Assembly (NCBI GenBank): GCA_965178085.1
Contig: CBCXTS010000021.1
Location: forward strand, 633,845-697,844
Length of the DNA stretch: 64,000 bases
Direction: 5' to 3'
Origin: Alphaproteobacteria bacterium
GTDB lineage: Bacteria > Pseudomonadota > Alphaproteobacteria > CBCXTS01
Shown here: piece by piece, positions 39,795 to 50,408 of the stretch
How positions within the stretch are numbered: the stretch's first letter is position 1
How the letters are laid out: every line of letters starts with the position of its first letter
Position numbers and translations under genes: made by a program
Notes under the pieces: model-generated
Database searches by the model: none
What the model was told of the DNA's origin: nothing
Seen by the model: only the letters and a program-made list of their open reading frames with translations

Positions 39795-40805
39795 ATGCAG
39801 CATCTCCCTAAAAATCATCCTCATATTCCTTCTAATAAAATAGGCATTTTATTAATCAATTTAGGCACTCCAGAACAAGCTACAACATCTTCTGTACGTC
39901 GATTTTTAAAAGAATTTTTGAGTGATTCTCGTGTCATTGAAGTTTTCAAACCTTTATGGTGGATCCTTCTACATTTTTTTATCTTACCGTTGCGTTCTCC
40001 AATCATTGCTAAAACATATCAAAAAATATGGGATACAAAACATGATAATAGTCCCTTACGGGTGATAACGATGCAGCAAGCACAAGATCTACAAGATGAT
40101 TTATCACAAGACAATGTCGTGGTTACAACTGGTCTGTGTTATAGTACGCCATCAATTCATGATGGGCTAAACACCTTGAAATTATCGGGTTGCCAGAAAA
40201 TTCTTGCAATGGCTCTTTATCCCCAATATTCAGCCACAACAACAGCAAGCGCTTATGATAAGGTTTTTAAAATATTATTAAAAGAGCGTTGGCAGCCTAC
40301 CATTCGTACGCTTGCTCCTTACTATGATCATCTTGATTATATCAACGCACTCTTAGCTAGTTTAACCCCATATCTTGAAAAACATAATCCTGATTTAGTG
40401 TTCTTATCGTTCCATGGGTTACCACAATCTTATGCTGATAAAGGTGATCCATATTATTGTCATGTACAAAAAACCACACGACTACTCAAAGAAGCATTGC
40501 CTAGTAAACGCATTGAAGTAGCTTTTCAGTCCCGTTTTGGCAAAGCACAATGGCTAAAACCTTATAGCAGTGAACTCCTTGTTGAATTAGCAAATGAAGG
40601 CGTTGAAAATATTGTTGTTCTAGCTCCTGGTTTTGCTTGTGACTGCATCGAAACAATTGAAGAAATAAAGGTTGAACTGCGCGATTATTTTTTAAATGCC
40701 GGAGGCAAGCAATTTCATTATGTTCCTTGTTTAAATACTAGCAACGAAAATAGAACATTATTGCACACATTAGCAAAAACCAACCTCCAAGGCTGGAAAT
40801 CCTAA
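39795..40805 (+). CDS. hemH: Ferrochelatase
   Basis: The ORF track starts at TTG 39783. ATG 39795 (MQHLPKN...) is the more likely start. Motifs IGILLINLGTPE, LSFHGLP, APGFACDCIETIEEI. Confidence 0.92.
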   Translation: MQHLPKNHPHIPSNKIGILLINLGTPEQATTSSVRRFLKEFLSDSRVIEVFKPLWWILLHFFILPLRSPIIAKTYQKIWDTKHDNSPLRVITMQQAQDLQDDLSQDNVVVTTGLCYSTPSIHDGLNTLKLSGCQKILAMALYPQYSATTTASAYDKVFKILLKERWQPTIRTLAPYYDHLDYINALLASLTPYLEKHNPDLVFLSFHGLPQSYADKGDPYYCHVQKTTRLLKEALPSKRIEVAFQSRFGKAQWLKPYSSELLVELANEGVENIVVLAPGFACDCIETIEEIKVELRDYFLNAGGKQFHYVPCLNTSNENRTLLHTLAKTNLQGWKS

Positions 40806-40813
40806 AGCATCTT

Positions 40814-41902
40814 ATGGTTTTTTATATCGCACGTCGCCTAGGGCTTATTATTCCAACAATTTTTGCTGTTATGTTGGTCAATTTTATTGTCATACAATTA
40901 GCCCCTGGCGGCCCTATTGAGCGCATAATCTTACAATTACGTGGCCACGATACTTTCGCAACAGGGCAATTTAATGGCCTAGAAAATGAACTCAATCATA
41001 CAGCTTTTACAAACACTCAAGCTTACCAATTTCAAGGTATTGACCCTCAAATCATCCAAGAACTACAAGAGCAGTTTGGTTTTGACAAGCCCGTTTGGCA
41101 AAGATTTTTTGATATGATTTGGAAATATATATGCTTTGATTTTGGCGAGAGCTTTTTTTCTGGACGTCCAGTTATTGATCTCATTGGTGAAAAAATGCCG
41201 GTATCCATTTCACTAGGTCTTTGGAGTACTATTTTGATCTATAGCATCTCAATACCATTAGGTATTCGCAAAGCCATACAAGACGGATCACGCTTTGATA
41301 TCGCAACAAGCTGGGTGATTGTCATTGGATATGCAATTCCAAGTTTTTTACTAGCTGTTTTTTTGATTATATTTTTTGCAGGAGATCGTTTCTTAAACTG
41401 GTTTCCTTTGCGTTCTCTTGCATCGCAAGGTTGGGAGAAAATGTCTTATCTTGAACAGACAATTGATTATATGTGGCATATGGCGCTACCCGTTACAGCT
41501 ATAACGGTTGGTGGTTTTGCTACATTGACTATGTTAACTAAAAATAGCTTCATCGATGAAATAAGTAAAACCTACGTGTTGGTTGCAAAGGCAAAAGGTT
41601 TAAGTCAGACACGCATCTTATATGATCATATTTTTAGAAATGCTATGCTTATTATTATTGCAGGATTTCCTTCTACTCTTATTGGTATTTTGTTTACAGG
41701 ATCACTGCTAATTGAAATAATATTCTCACTCGATGGATTGGGGTTGCTAGGATATGAATCAATTATTAACCGTGATTATCCTGTGATCTTTGCAACGCTA
41801 TTTTTATTTACATTGCTTGCCTTGATGCTCAACCTTATTAGCGATATCATTTATACCATCGTTGATCCTAGGATAGACTTTCAAGCATTGGATCAGCGCT
41901 GA
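40814..41902 (+). CDS. yejB: Microcin C/peptide ABC importer permease YejB
   Basis: 362 aa. It resembles E. coli YejB along its length as I recall it: YIARRLGLIIPT...IQLAPGGP, GFDKPVWQRFFDMIWKYICFDFGESF, LTMLTKNSFIDE, YTIVDPRIDFQ. Confidence 0.9.
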   Translation: MVFYIARRLGLIIPTIFAVMLVNFIVIQLAPGGPIERIILQLRGHDTFATGQFNGLENELNHTAFTNTQAYQFQGIDPQIIQELQEQFGFDKPVWQRFFDMIWKYICFDFGESFFSGRPVIDLIGEKMPVSISLGLWSTILIYSISIPLGIRKAIQDGSRFDIATSWVIVIGYAIPSFLLAVFLIIFFAGDRFLNWFPLRSLASQGWEKMSYLEQTIDYMWHMALPVTAITVGGFATLTMLTKNSFIDEISKTYVLVAKAKGLSQTRILYDHIFRNAMLIIIAGFPSTLIGILFTGSLLIEIIFSLDGLGLLGYESIINRDYPVIFATLFLFTLLALMLNLISDIIYTIVDPRIDFQALDQR

Positions 41903-42927
41903 TGCAAACGACACAGCCATCAAATCATCAACATAAGTTCGCGCTTTTTTATGCAAATAAGAGAGGCTTCATATCGCTAAATATTTTATGTTTTTTATTG
42001 TTTTTTTCGCTTTTTAGTGAGTTTATTGCCAATGATCAACCATTGGTTGTTCAATATAAAAACACATTCTATTTTCCTATTATTGAGTTTATTCCTGAAA
42101 CAACTTATGGCGGTTTTTTTGAAACAGAAGCCGATTACACCGACCCTTTTGTTATTGAAACCATACAAGAGGAGGGTTGGATGATTTGGCCAGTGATTCG
42201 CTATAGTTACAATACACTTGCAGATGATTTAGATGCACCTGCGCCTACACCACCCGACCACAAGCATTTATTAGGCACTGATGACGAAGCTCGTGACGTT
42301 CTTGCGCGCTTATTATATGGATTTCGTATTTCAATATTATTTGGATTGATACTAACAGTCATATCGTCCATGATTGGAGTAACAGTGGGGCTTATACAAG
42401 GTTACTTTGGTGGTATGATTGATCTATTAGGCCAACGTGTTATAGAAATTTGGAATGGTATGCCTGTTTTTTTTCTACTATTAATCTTGGTAAGTTTTAT
42501 TCAACCTAACTTTACATGGTTGCTATTTTTGATGCTGCTATTTAGTTGGACAGGGTTGGTGAACATTGTACGCGCTGAAGTCTTGCGTACACGCAACCTT
42601 GATTACGTTCGTGCTGCACGCGCATTGGGTGTTAGCGACTTTGCTATTATGCGACGTCATATCTTACCAAACGCATTGGTTGCTACATTAACCTTTCTAC
42701 CTTTTATTGCCTCTAGCTCTATTGTTATGCTTACATCTTTAGATTTCTTAGGATTTGGCTTGCCACCAGAATCTCCTTCATTGGGAGAAATGCTCAAACA
42801 AGGAAAAGAAAATTTAGACGCACCATGGTTAGGAATAACTGTTTTTATAGCCCTGACAGCTATCCTTGCAATGTTGGTATTCATTGGCGAAGCAGTCCGT
42901 GACGCTTTTGACCCACGCAAAACATAA
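41902..42927 (+). CDS. yejE: Microcin C/peptide ABC importer permease YejE
   Basis: 341 aa. HLLGTDDEARDVLARLLYGFRISILFG and C-terminal GEAVRDAFDPRK. The start overlaps the yejB stop (TGATG). Confidence 0.88.
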   Translation: MQTTQPSNHQHKFALFYANKRGFISLNILCFLLFFSLFSEFIANDQPLVVQYKNTFYFPIIEFIPETTYGGFFETEADYTDPFVIETIQEEGWMIWPVIRYSYNTLADDLDAPAPTPPDHKHLLGTDDEARDVLARLLYGFRISILFGLILTVISSMIGVTVGLIQGYFGGMIDLLGQRVIEIWNGMPVFFLLLILVSFIQPNFTWLLFLMLLFSWTGLVNIVRAEVLRTRNLDYVRAARALGVSDFAIMRRHILPNALVATLTFLPFIASSSIVMLTSLDFLGFGLPPESPSLGEMLKQGKENLDAPWLGITVFIALTAILAMLVFIGEAVRDAFDPRKT

Positions 42928-42934
42928 AACGCAC

Positions 42935-44524
42935 ATGCTTTTAGTTAAAAATTTGCACATTGGTCTTCATTCTTCAAATGGTGATGTCAACGCTGTACAC
43001 TCAGCAAGTTTAACCATTGAAAAGGGACAAACGCTTGCCTTAGTAGGAGAAAGCGGCTCTGGAAAAACTGTACTTTGTCTTTCCATTTTACGCCTATTGC
43101 CGTCAAAATTAGTATTTCACAATCATGGTCGTATTTTATTGTTTGGAGAAAATGTGCTAGAATCATCGCCATTGAAGATGCGTCAAATGTTAAGTCAGCG
43201 CATTGGAATGGTCTTTCAAGACCCTCAAAATGCACTCAATCCTGTCCATAATATTATACGCCAAGTTGGTGAAACTTTTGCTATACAAAAAGGAGGATCG
43301 TATAACGACTACCGCACGCAAGTGCAAGCATTGTTAGAAGAAGTCCAAATTGACAATGCAAAACAACGACTTGATGCATTCCCCCATCAGCTATCAGGTG
43401 GACAGCGCCAACGTGTTATGATTGCGGCTGCCATTGCAAACAAACCAGATATATTAATAGCCGATGAGCCAACCACTGCACTTGATATAACCACACAATT
43501 AGAAATTCTTAATCTTTTGCAAGAGTTAAAACATGCACGTCATATGGCAATGTTGTTTATTTCGCATAATCTTCATATTGTTACAAAGATTGCAGATACA
43601 ATTTGCGTAATGCATAAGGGTAATATTGTTGAGCAAGGCCCAGCTACAAAAGTTTTAAACGCGCCAAACCATCATTATACTAAATCTTTACTGTCAACAC
43701 GCATGCAAAAACATGCTCGCATGCCAAGCAACACAAAAATTCTTTTACAAGCACAAAAACTAAATGTCTATTTCCAACATCAAAGCTCTTGGCTAGCGCG
43801 CAAAAAAATATTTCAAGCATTAACCGATATTGATCTTGTTATTCGCCAACAAGAAACGCTAGCAATCATAGGCAAAAGTGGATCAGGTAAAACAACCTTA
43901 GCATTGGCATTATTACGCTTGTTGCCAGTACATGGAAAAATTTATTTCATGGAAACAGCTCTCCATCATCTTACATTAAAGCAAATGCGCCCATTGCGTA
44001 GGCATATGCAATTTGTCTCCCAAGACCCTTTTGCGTCTTTAAATCCAAGAATGTCGATCTATCAATTGATCATAGAAGGACTTGAGCTACATATGCCTTT
44101 GCTCAATCAACAAGAGCAACTTTCTTTAATAATACAAACACTTGAAGAAGTAGGTCTAGATGAAACTGCTTTACGGTTGTATCCCCATGAATTTTCTGGT
44201 GGCCAACGCCAACGTATCGCAATTGCGCGCGCTCTAGTTTTAAAACCAAAGTTAATGATTTTGGATGAACCTACTTCATCGTTAGATTTTTCTGTGCAAA
44301 CACGTATTCTTGATTTACTGGCAACCTTACAAAAGCGCCATCATCTTTCATACATCTTAATCACGCATGACATGAATATTGTCGCATCAATGGCCGATTC
44401 TATCATGGTTTTGCATCATGGAAAGATGATTGAGCAAGGCATTGCAAAAAACATAATGAATGCCCCGCGTCATGCTCACACGCAGCAACTAATTGCAGCT
44501 AGCATGCATGATCCAATAATGTGA
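42935..44524 (+). CDS. yejF: Microcin C/peptide ABC importer ATPase YejF (two fused NBDs)
   Basis: The ORF track's 42866 start overlaps yejE. ATG 42935 (MLLVKNLHIGL) fits better. Motifs GESGSGKT with LSGGQRQR, and GKSGSGKTT with FSGGQRQR. Confidence 0.9.
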   Translation: MLLVKNLHIGLHSSNGDVNAVHSASLTIEKGQTLALVGESGSGKTVLCLSILRLLPSKLVFHNHGRILLFGENVLESSPLKMRQMLSQRIGMVFQDPQNALNPVHNIIRQVGETFAIQKGGSYNDYRTQVQALLEEVQIDNAKQRLDAFPHQLSGGQRQRVMIAAAIANKPDILIADEPTTALDITTQLEILNLLQELKHARHMAMLFISHNLHIVTKIADTICVMHKGNIVEQGPATKVLNAPNHHYTKSLLSTRMQKHARMPSNTKILLQAQKLNVYFQHQSSWLARKKIFQALTDIDLVIRQQETLAIIGKSGSGKTTLALALLRLLPVHGKIYFMETALHHLTLKQMRPLRRHMQFVSQDPFASLNPRMSIYQLIIEGLELHMPLLNQQEQLSLIIQTLEEVGLDETALRLYPHEFSGGQRQRIAIARALVLKPKLMILDEPTSSLDFSVQTRILDLLATLQKRHHLSYILITHDMNIVASMADSIMVLHHGKMIEQGIAKNIMNAPRHAHTQQLIAASMHDPIM

Positions 44525-44531
44525 TGTTTTC

Positions 44532-45008
44532 TTAAGCCTCAAAGCGTGACTGCAATTTCATCATAGTTACGCACGCCTTTGCAGCTTCTCCTCCTTTATT
44601 GCGTTGAGAAGTGTTTGCTCTTTCAATAGCCTGCTTCATATTCTCAACTGTCAAAATACCATACCCCATCGCTAAAGCATGATCCATTGCTAATTGATTT
44701 AATCCACGAGCACTCTCGCTACACACATAATCATAATGGGTTGTTTCTCCGCGAATAACACATCCTAAGATAATAAAGCCATCATATAGCTGTCTATTAT
44801 ATAATTCTTCTGAGCCTAAAACCATTGCAAGGCTAGCTGGTGTTTCAAAAACACCAGGAACTTGCATAACATCTAAACTCACACCTTCTTTTTCTAAAAA
44901 ATCACAAGCACCTCTTACTAACATATCAGCAATTTCTGGATAAAATCGTGCCTCAATAATCAAAACATGCGGGGGTTTATCATGATCATTTTTTTGTTTC
45001 AATATCAC
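44532..45008 (-). CDS. ribH: 6,7-dimethyl-8-ribityllumazine synthase
   Basis: 158 aa. Lumazine synthase pattern VPGVFETP...GCVIRGETTHYDYV. Last gene of the rib cluster. Confidence 0.9.
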   Translation of the reverse strand: MILKQKNDHDKPPHVLIIEARFYPEIADMLVRGACDFLEKEGVSLDVMQVPGVFETPASLAMVLGSEELYNRQLYDGFIILGCVIRGETTHYDYVCSESARGLNQLAMDHALAMGYGILTVENMKQAIERANTSQRNKGGEAAKACVTMMKLQSRFEA

Positions 45009-45018
45009 TTTATCTACC

Positions 45019-46182
45019 TCAAATATCTAGCTTTTTGTATCCAGAAATTGTTAACCCATAACCCTCTAACCCTACTGCAATAGGCTTTGTAGTGCTCAAT
45101 AATGTCATCGTACTAATATTCAAATCCAATAAAATCTGTGCTCCCACTCCATAATCTCTTAATGGCATGTTGTTTTTATTTGAAGAAATTTTTAACTCTT
45201 CAGCACGCCTTGACAAGGAATCTACTTGCAGTTCTCTTAATAAAACCAATACACCAGAACCTTCGCGCGCAATGTGCTCTAACGATGCATGCAAGATACC
45301 ACTTGGTTTATCTTTAGATACGCCATCTAGAACATCGTATAAAAGGTCTAATGCGTGCATTCTTACCAATATATCTTTATTTTTTATTATATTACCTTTA
45401 ACCAATGCTATATGCTCACCAAATGGTGTTTTTGAGCGATAAACATATAATGTGAAATCTCCATAATCTTTAGTTTGAAAAGGCTGCTTACTAACGCGTT
45501 CAATTAAGCTTTCATGGACCCTTTTGTAAGCAATTAAATCCGCTATAGAGGCAATATTTAAGCCGTGCTCTTGTGCAAACTCACGCAATTGGGGCAAACG
45601 TGCCATTTTGCCATCATCGTTCATAATTTCACAAATAACCCCTGCAGTTGTCAATCCAGCAAGCCTTGCTATGTCAACTGCTGCTTCTGTATGTCCTGCT
45701 CGTACAAGAACACCACCTTCTCGCGCTACAATTGGAAACACATGGCCTGGTGTTGTAATATCATCACCACAAGATTGGTGAGAGATCGCAACACCAATGG
45801 TATGTGCTCTATCTGCAGCAGAAATACCCGTTGTAACACCTTCTCGTGCTTCAATTGAAATGGTGAATGCTGTTGAAAGCCTATTTGAATTGGTTTGTGG
45901 GAGTAATTGCAAACCCAATCGGTCCGCATTGTCTTTACACAGTGCAAGACAAATCAAGCCTCTTCCATATTTTGCCATAAAATTGATTTTATCTGGAGTG
46001 CACATTTGTGCCGGTACAACTAAATCTCCTTCGTTTTCACGATCTTCATCATCTACTAATATGAACATGCGTCCGTTTCGCGCATCATCTATAATTTGCT
46101 CAATACTACATAAATCCTGCCCTGAAGATCGTGTATGATCTGTATCAACACTTTGAGCTAATTTCAAACCTTGCTTTAGCAA
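45019..46182 (-). CDS. ribB: 3,4-dihydroxy-2-butanone-4-phosphate synthase fused to a degenerate GTP cyclohydrolase II-like domain (ribBX-type)
   Basis: 387 aa. N-terminal DHBP synthase motifs (DDEDRENEGDLV, GHVFPI, RAGHTEAAVDIARLAG). The C-terminal domain of about 175 aa aligns to RibA but contains no cysteine at all. Confidence 0.85.
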   Translation of the reverse strand: MLKQGLKLAQSVDTDHTRSSGQDLCSIEQIIDDARNGRMFILVDDEDRENEGDLVVPAQMCTPDKINFMAKYGRGLICLALCKDNADRLGLQLLPQTNSNRLSTAFTISIEAREGVTTGISAADRAHTIGVAISHQSCGDDITTPGHVFPIVAREGGVLVRAGHTEAAVDIARLAGLTTAGVICEIMNDDGKMARLPQLREFAQEHGLNIASIADLIAYKRVHESLIERVSKQPFQTKDYGDFTLYVYRSKTPFGEHIALVKGNIIKNKDILVRMHALDLLYDVLDGVSKDKPSGILHASLEHIAREGSGVLVLLRELQVDSLSRRAEELKISSNKNNMPLRDYGVGAQILLDLNISTMTLLSTTKPIAVGLEGYGLTISGYKKLDI

Positions 46183-46187
46183 TTGTA

Positions 46188-46814
46188 TTATTCCTTTAAG
46201 AATGTTTGATGATTACACATATATGTATCAACAGCACGTGCAACGTAACGCATTAGTGGATCAATTTCTATATTAATTCTACCTTGTATATCAATTTTTT
46301 CTAAAAGTGTTTTAGCAATAGTTTCAGGAATAAGGTTCAATGAAACTGTTACATCCTTAATTGTGTTGATTGTCAGTGATACGCCATTCAATGCCACAGA
46401 GCCTTTGGGTGCAAGCATATTGCTTAAATAAGGAGATACTTCAATTTCAAAAATCATATGACCTCCTTCAAGGAGGCGCTTGTTTGTTAAAACACCACAC
46501 CCATCAACATGGCCAGTGAAAAAATGCCCCCCTATCTCGTCGCCTAATTTTACAGACGACTCAAGATGTATTTGTGCTCCTTGTGCAAGCTGTGATAAAT
46601 TTGTACATTGTAGTGTTTCATGTGATATATCGCTACAAAACCAATCATCACCTATATCTGTGACAGTTAAGCACACACCATTGACGGCTATAGAAGCACC
46701 ACGTTTTGGCATGTTTAGGAAAGTGTGTTGGATCTTTATTGACATAGATTGACTGTTTAAAGAGTCTTTTCTTTCAATCACTCTACCTAAATCATATATA
46801 ATTCCATTAAACAT
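46188..46814 (-). CDS. ribE: Riboflavin synthase (alpha chain)
   Basis: 208 aa. MFNGIIYDLGRV start and an internally duplicated lumazine-binding barrel (GASIAVNGVCLTV and GSVALNGVSLTI). Confidence 0.9.
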   Translation of the reverse strand: MFNGIIYDLGRVIERKDSLNSQSMSIKIQHTFLNMPKRGASIAVNGVCLTVTDIGDDWFCSDISHETLQCTNLSQLAQGAQIHLESSVKLGDEIGGHFFTGHVDGCGVLTNKRLLEGGHMIFEIEVSPYLSNMLAPKGSVALNGVSLTINTIKDVTVSLNLIPETIAKTLLEKIDIQGRINIEIDPLMRYVARAVDTYMCNHQTFLKE

Positions 46815-46905
46815 ATATTGCCTTTGAAATCATGTTTTTCTAATCACAAATAAACAATCTGCTTTTAATTAAAATGAAGCATCTTAATTAAAATGCCAAT
46901 CTGTT

Positions 46906-49221
46906 TTAAGTCACTTTGATGCCTTTAGCAGTTTTTATGCTGTCAACTTTCATCAAGCGATTAGCATCATCTACAACAATAGCGGTTAAATTAATAATAC
47001 TGCGACTTGTTGCAGCCGTCGTCATAATATGTATAGGCCGTTTAGCCCCTAGCATTATCGGCCCAACTGGCTGTCCATCGGCAAGTATCTTAACCATGTT
47101 ATAGGCAATATTAGCAGCATCCAAATTAGGCATAATCAATAAATTAGCTGACCCATTTAAGCGTCCTTTTGTTAAAAATTGACCCCGTAAGTTTTGATCA
47201 AGTGCTGTATCTGCTTGCATTTCTCCTTCAACAGCAATATCTGGATACTTCTGATGAATTAGTTCTACAGCTTTACACATCCGTTCAGAATCATTATTTG
47301 CATCTGAACCAAAATTAGAATGTGACAATAACGCTACCTTAGGATCCAAACCAAACTCTTTTACTTTTTGTGTAGCAAGATAAACCATTTCTGCAAGCTG
47401 GTCAGGCTCTGGATTGTTGATGACATGCGTATCAGCAATAAAAATTGTTCCTGATTCTAATATGAGCATGTTCATAGCATAAAGCCCACGCAACCCATCC
47501 ATACAACCGATGATATCACGTACATCGCGTACATAGCGCTTATATTGGCCTACCAATCCACCCAAAGCGGCATCTGCTTCTCCTTTGTAGAGCATAAGGC
47601 ATGCAATAACAAAAGCGCGTGTTCGTACAGCAGCCTTTGCATAATCAACCGACGCTCCTTTGCGCGCGCATAAGTGATGATATAGCTTCCAATATTCTTT
47701 ATATCTTGGGTCAGATTCAGGGTCGCATAATTCAACATCCTCATCTAACACAAGACGAAGACCATATCGCTCGATTCTACTGGCTACGACTACACGCCTG
47801 CCTATCAAAATAGGAAATGCAATGCCTTCATCAACAACCACTTGTACAGCACGTAATACTCGCTCATCTTCACCATCGGCATATACAACCCTGCGTGGAT
47901 TATTTTTAGCACGATCAAATAAAGGTCGTAGCGCAGCCCCAGAGCGATACACATAATATCCAAGATCATTACGATATGCATCCATATCACCAATAGGATT
48001 TCGAGCAACTTTTGATTCTATAGCAGCTTGTGCAACAGCAGGAGCGATTTCTAAAATTAATCTCGGATCAAATGGCGATGGAATAATATATCCAGGTCCA
48101 AATTTACGCTCTTGCTCATTGTAGGCATTTTTCAATTCTGCTGCTGCTTCTTTTCGTGCAAGTAAAGCAATTGCTTTAGCTGCTGCTATTTTCATTTCCA
48201 TATTAATGACACTAGCGCCTACATCAAGTGCCCCACGAAACAAGAACGGAAAACATAACACATTATTAACCTGATTAGGATAATCCGAACGCCCTGTTGC
48301 GCATATTGCATCATTTCTAACCTTACGCACTTCTTCAGGGCGTATCTCAGGCTCAGGGTTTGCCAATGCCATAATCAATGGCGATGGCGCCATTTTCTTC
48401 ACCTGTGCACCCGATAAAACCTTTGGAGCCGATAATCCTAAAAAAATATCTGCTCCTTCAATCGCGTCATCCATTGTGCGTATTGCTGTTTTTGTTGCGT
48501 ATCGCACTTTATACGGGTCCATCGATTTTTTTCGATCTGAATAAATCACACCATCAATATCAAGCACAATAATGTTCTTGCGGTTTACCCCAAGTTCAAC
48601 AAGGATATCAAGACAAGCAAGTGCTGCAGCACCAGCTCCTGAACAAACTAATTTAACTTGCTCTGGCTTTTTATTTTGCAAATGCATTGCATTCATAAAA
48701 GCACTTGCAACAATAATGGCAGTACCATGTTGATCGTCATGAAAAACCGGTATGCTCATTTCTTCTTTTAAGCGTTTTTCTATCTCAAAACACTCTGGTG
48801 ATTTAATATCTTCCAAATTAATGCCGCCAAAAGTTGGCTCTAGAGCACGAACAGCGTTGCAAAATCTGTCAATGTCAGGTTCATCAATTTCAAGGTCAAA
48901 AACATCAATCCCTGCAAATTTCTTAAATAGAACAGCTTTACCTTCCATTACTGGTTTGGCCGCCAACGCACCTATATTGCCCAATCCTAAAACTGCTGTT
49001 CCATTGCTAATAACCCCGACAAGATTTGCGCGCGCTGTAACCTCTTGTGCTTGCTTAGAATCTTCAACAATGGCAAGACATGCTTCTGCTACTCCAGGAG
49101 AATAGGCAAGTGACAAATCATGTTGAGTAACAAGTGGTTTTGTTGCAACAATACCTATTTTGCCTTTAGGGCTAGCGCGATGATAAGCAAGCGCTGCTTC
49201 CTTTAATGTTTGATGTTTCAT
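46906..49221 (-). CDS. maeB: NADP-dependent malic enzyme with C-terminal phosphotransacetylase-like domain
   Basis: 771 aa. Malic enzyme N-terminal half ([31 protein letters not shown]) plus a PTA-like C-terminal half. Confidence 0.92.
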   Translation of the reverse strand: MKHQTLKEAALAYHRASPKGKIGIVATKPLVTQHDLSLAYSPGVAEACLAIVEDSKQAQEVTARANLVGVISNGTAVLGLGNIGALAAKPVMEGKAVLFKKFAGIDVFDLEIDEPDIDRFCNAVRALEPTFGGINLEDIKSPECFEIEKRLKEEMSIPVFHDDQHGTAIIVASAFMNAMHLQNKKPEQVKLVCSGAGAAALACLDILVELGVNRKNIIVLDIDGVIYSDRKKSMDPYKVRYATKTAIRTMDDAIEGADIFLGLSAPKVLSGAQVKKMAPSPLIMALANPEPEIRPEEVRKVRNDAICATGRSDYPNQVNNVLCFPFLFRGALDVGASVINMEMKIAAAKAIALLARKEAAAELKNAYNEQERKFGPGYIIPSPFDPRLILEIAPAVAQAAIESKVARNPIGDMDAYRNDLGYYVYRSGAALRPLFDRAKNNPRRVVYADGEDERVLRAVQVVVDEGIAFPILIGRRVVVASRIERYGLRLVLDEDVELCDPESDPRYKEYWKLYHHLCARKGASVDYAKAAVRTRAFVIACLMLYKGEADAALGGLVGQYKRYVRDVRDIIGCMDGLRGLYAMNMLILESGTIFIADTHVINNPEPDQLAEMVYLATQKVKEFGLDPKVALLSHSNFGSDANNDSERMCKAVELIHQKYPDIAVEGEMQADTALDQNLRGQFLTKGRLNGSANLLIMPNLDAANIAYNMVKILADGQPVGPIMLGAKRPIHIMTTAATSRSIINLTAIVVDDANRLMKVDSIKTAKGIKVT

Positions 49222-49324
49222 GTTTCTTTTGATATTGCTTTTCTATTGAATATGCATCTCATGGCAATTAGATTATAAACATGCTATTGCTTGAGTGCAA
49301 CAAACTAAATGAAAACATACAACA

Positions 49325-50032
49325 ATGTCCTTAGACACACCATTTGATCTTGAGCCATTGCGCGAAAAAATTATTCGCGCTATGTACGAACATGCTACCT
49401 TTGATGGATGGAATGCACGCGCGCTTGAAGACACTGCTAACGCTGTTAACATTGACGTTGGGATGGCAAATTGCTTGTTTCCTAATGGTACGCGAGATCT
49501 AATTTTCTATGCATCAAAGCTTGCAGACACTGATATGTGTCAAGCTTTTAAAGAGGCTAATACCAGTCATTTACGTATCTCTGAGCAAGCAGTTTTTGCA
49601 ATAATGCTACGCTTTAAAGCTTATCAAGACCACCGAGAGGCTGTGCGCAGGGCAGTTGTATTTTTAATGTTGCCTGGAAATCAAGCATTAGCACTAGAGC
49701 TTACCAAACAAACATGCCATCAGATATGGAACCTGTTAAATGACCAATCAACTGATTGGAATTGGTATACAAAACGTGCTTTGCTTGCTGGAGTTTTTTT
49801 GTCTTCTTTGCCAGTATGGCTTAACGATCAAACGCCTGACTTGTATACAACGGAATCTTTTGTCAAAAGGCGCATAGAAAATGTACTGAATGTGGCAAAA
49901 AAACTAAAAAAATCCAATCAAAATATCAATCTTGGAAAAGCACTTCCCGTTTTGGGTACAGTTTCTAAGATTAAGCAGCTTTTGACGAACACACATCACC
50001 TTACACATAACATGCGTATGCGCGGTAAATAA
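49325..50032 (+). CDS. COQ9-family / 'rpsU-divergently transcribed' protein
   Basis: 235 aa. The pattern FDGWNARALEDTANAVNID...DWNWYTKRALLAGVFLSSLPVWLND resembles the alphaproteobacterial COQ9-like family. Motif-level call only. Confidence 0.55.
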   Translation: MSLDTPFDLEPLREKIIRAMYEHATFDGWNARALEDTANAVNIDVGMANCLFPNGTRDLIFYASKLADTDMCQAFKEANTSHLRISEQAVFAIMLRFKAYQDHREAVRRAVVFLMLPGNQALALELTKQTCHQIWNLLNDQSTDWNWYTKRALLAGVFLSSLPVWLNDQTPDLYTTESFVKRRIENVLNVAKKLKKSNQNINLGKALPVLGTVSKIKQLLTNTHHLTHNMRMRGK

Positions 50033-50406
50033 TGTTTTCTTTAATGCGTTCAATTATCAAAAATTTAAGCGAAGAATATTCATATTTTCACCAGCGCAAC
50101 CATAAACACACGCTTCGTACAATCAATGCACGTAACATTATTGTATTAACCATGCTATTAATTGCGCCAATGAGCGCTTTCTGGCTTATTCTTTTAATGC
50201 TTGCTTGGAAGTGGCATTGGTCTGTTTCAGGCTTATTTGAGGCATCTGCTATTGGTTATGTCTTTATACAATCAATAGCGTTAATGCTTTCTGCACGCTT
50301 GTTTCGTAATGGTTATTCTTCTAGCGCATTAATCATATGTATTATACCATATGCACTGGTTGTCGTGTTAATAGTAGAATTGATAAGACTAGTGTTATCG
50401 ACATAA
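50032..50406 (+). CDS. Hypothetical small membrane protein (three hydrophobic helices)
   Basis: 124 aa. The start overlaps the upstream stop (TAATG). Hydrophobic stretches include IIVLTMLLIAPMSAFWLILLML and ALIICIIPYALVVVLIVELI. No family recognised. Confidence 0.45.
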   Translation: MFSLMRSIIKNLSEEYSYFHQRNHKHTLRTINARNIIVLTMLLIAPMSAFWLILLMLAWKWHWSVSGLFEASAIGYVFIQSIALMLSARLFRNGYSSSALIICIIPYALVVVLIVELIRLVLST

Positions 50407-50408
50407 AA

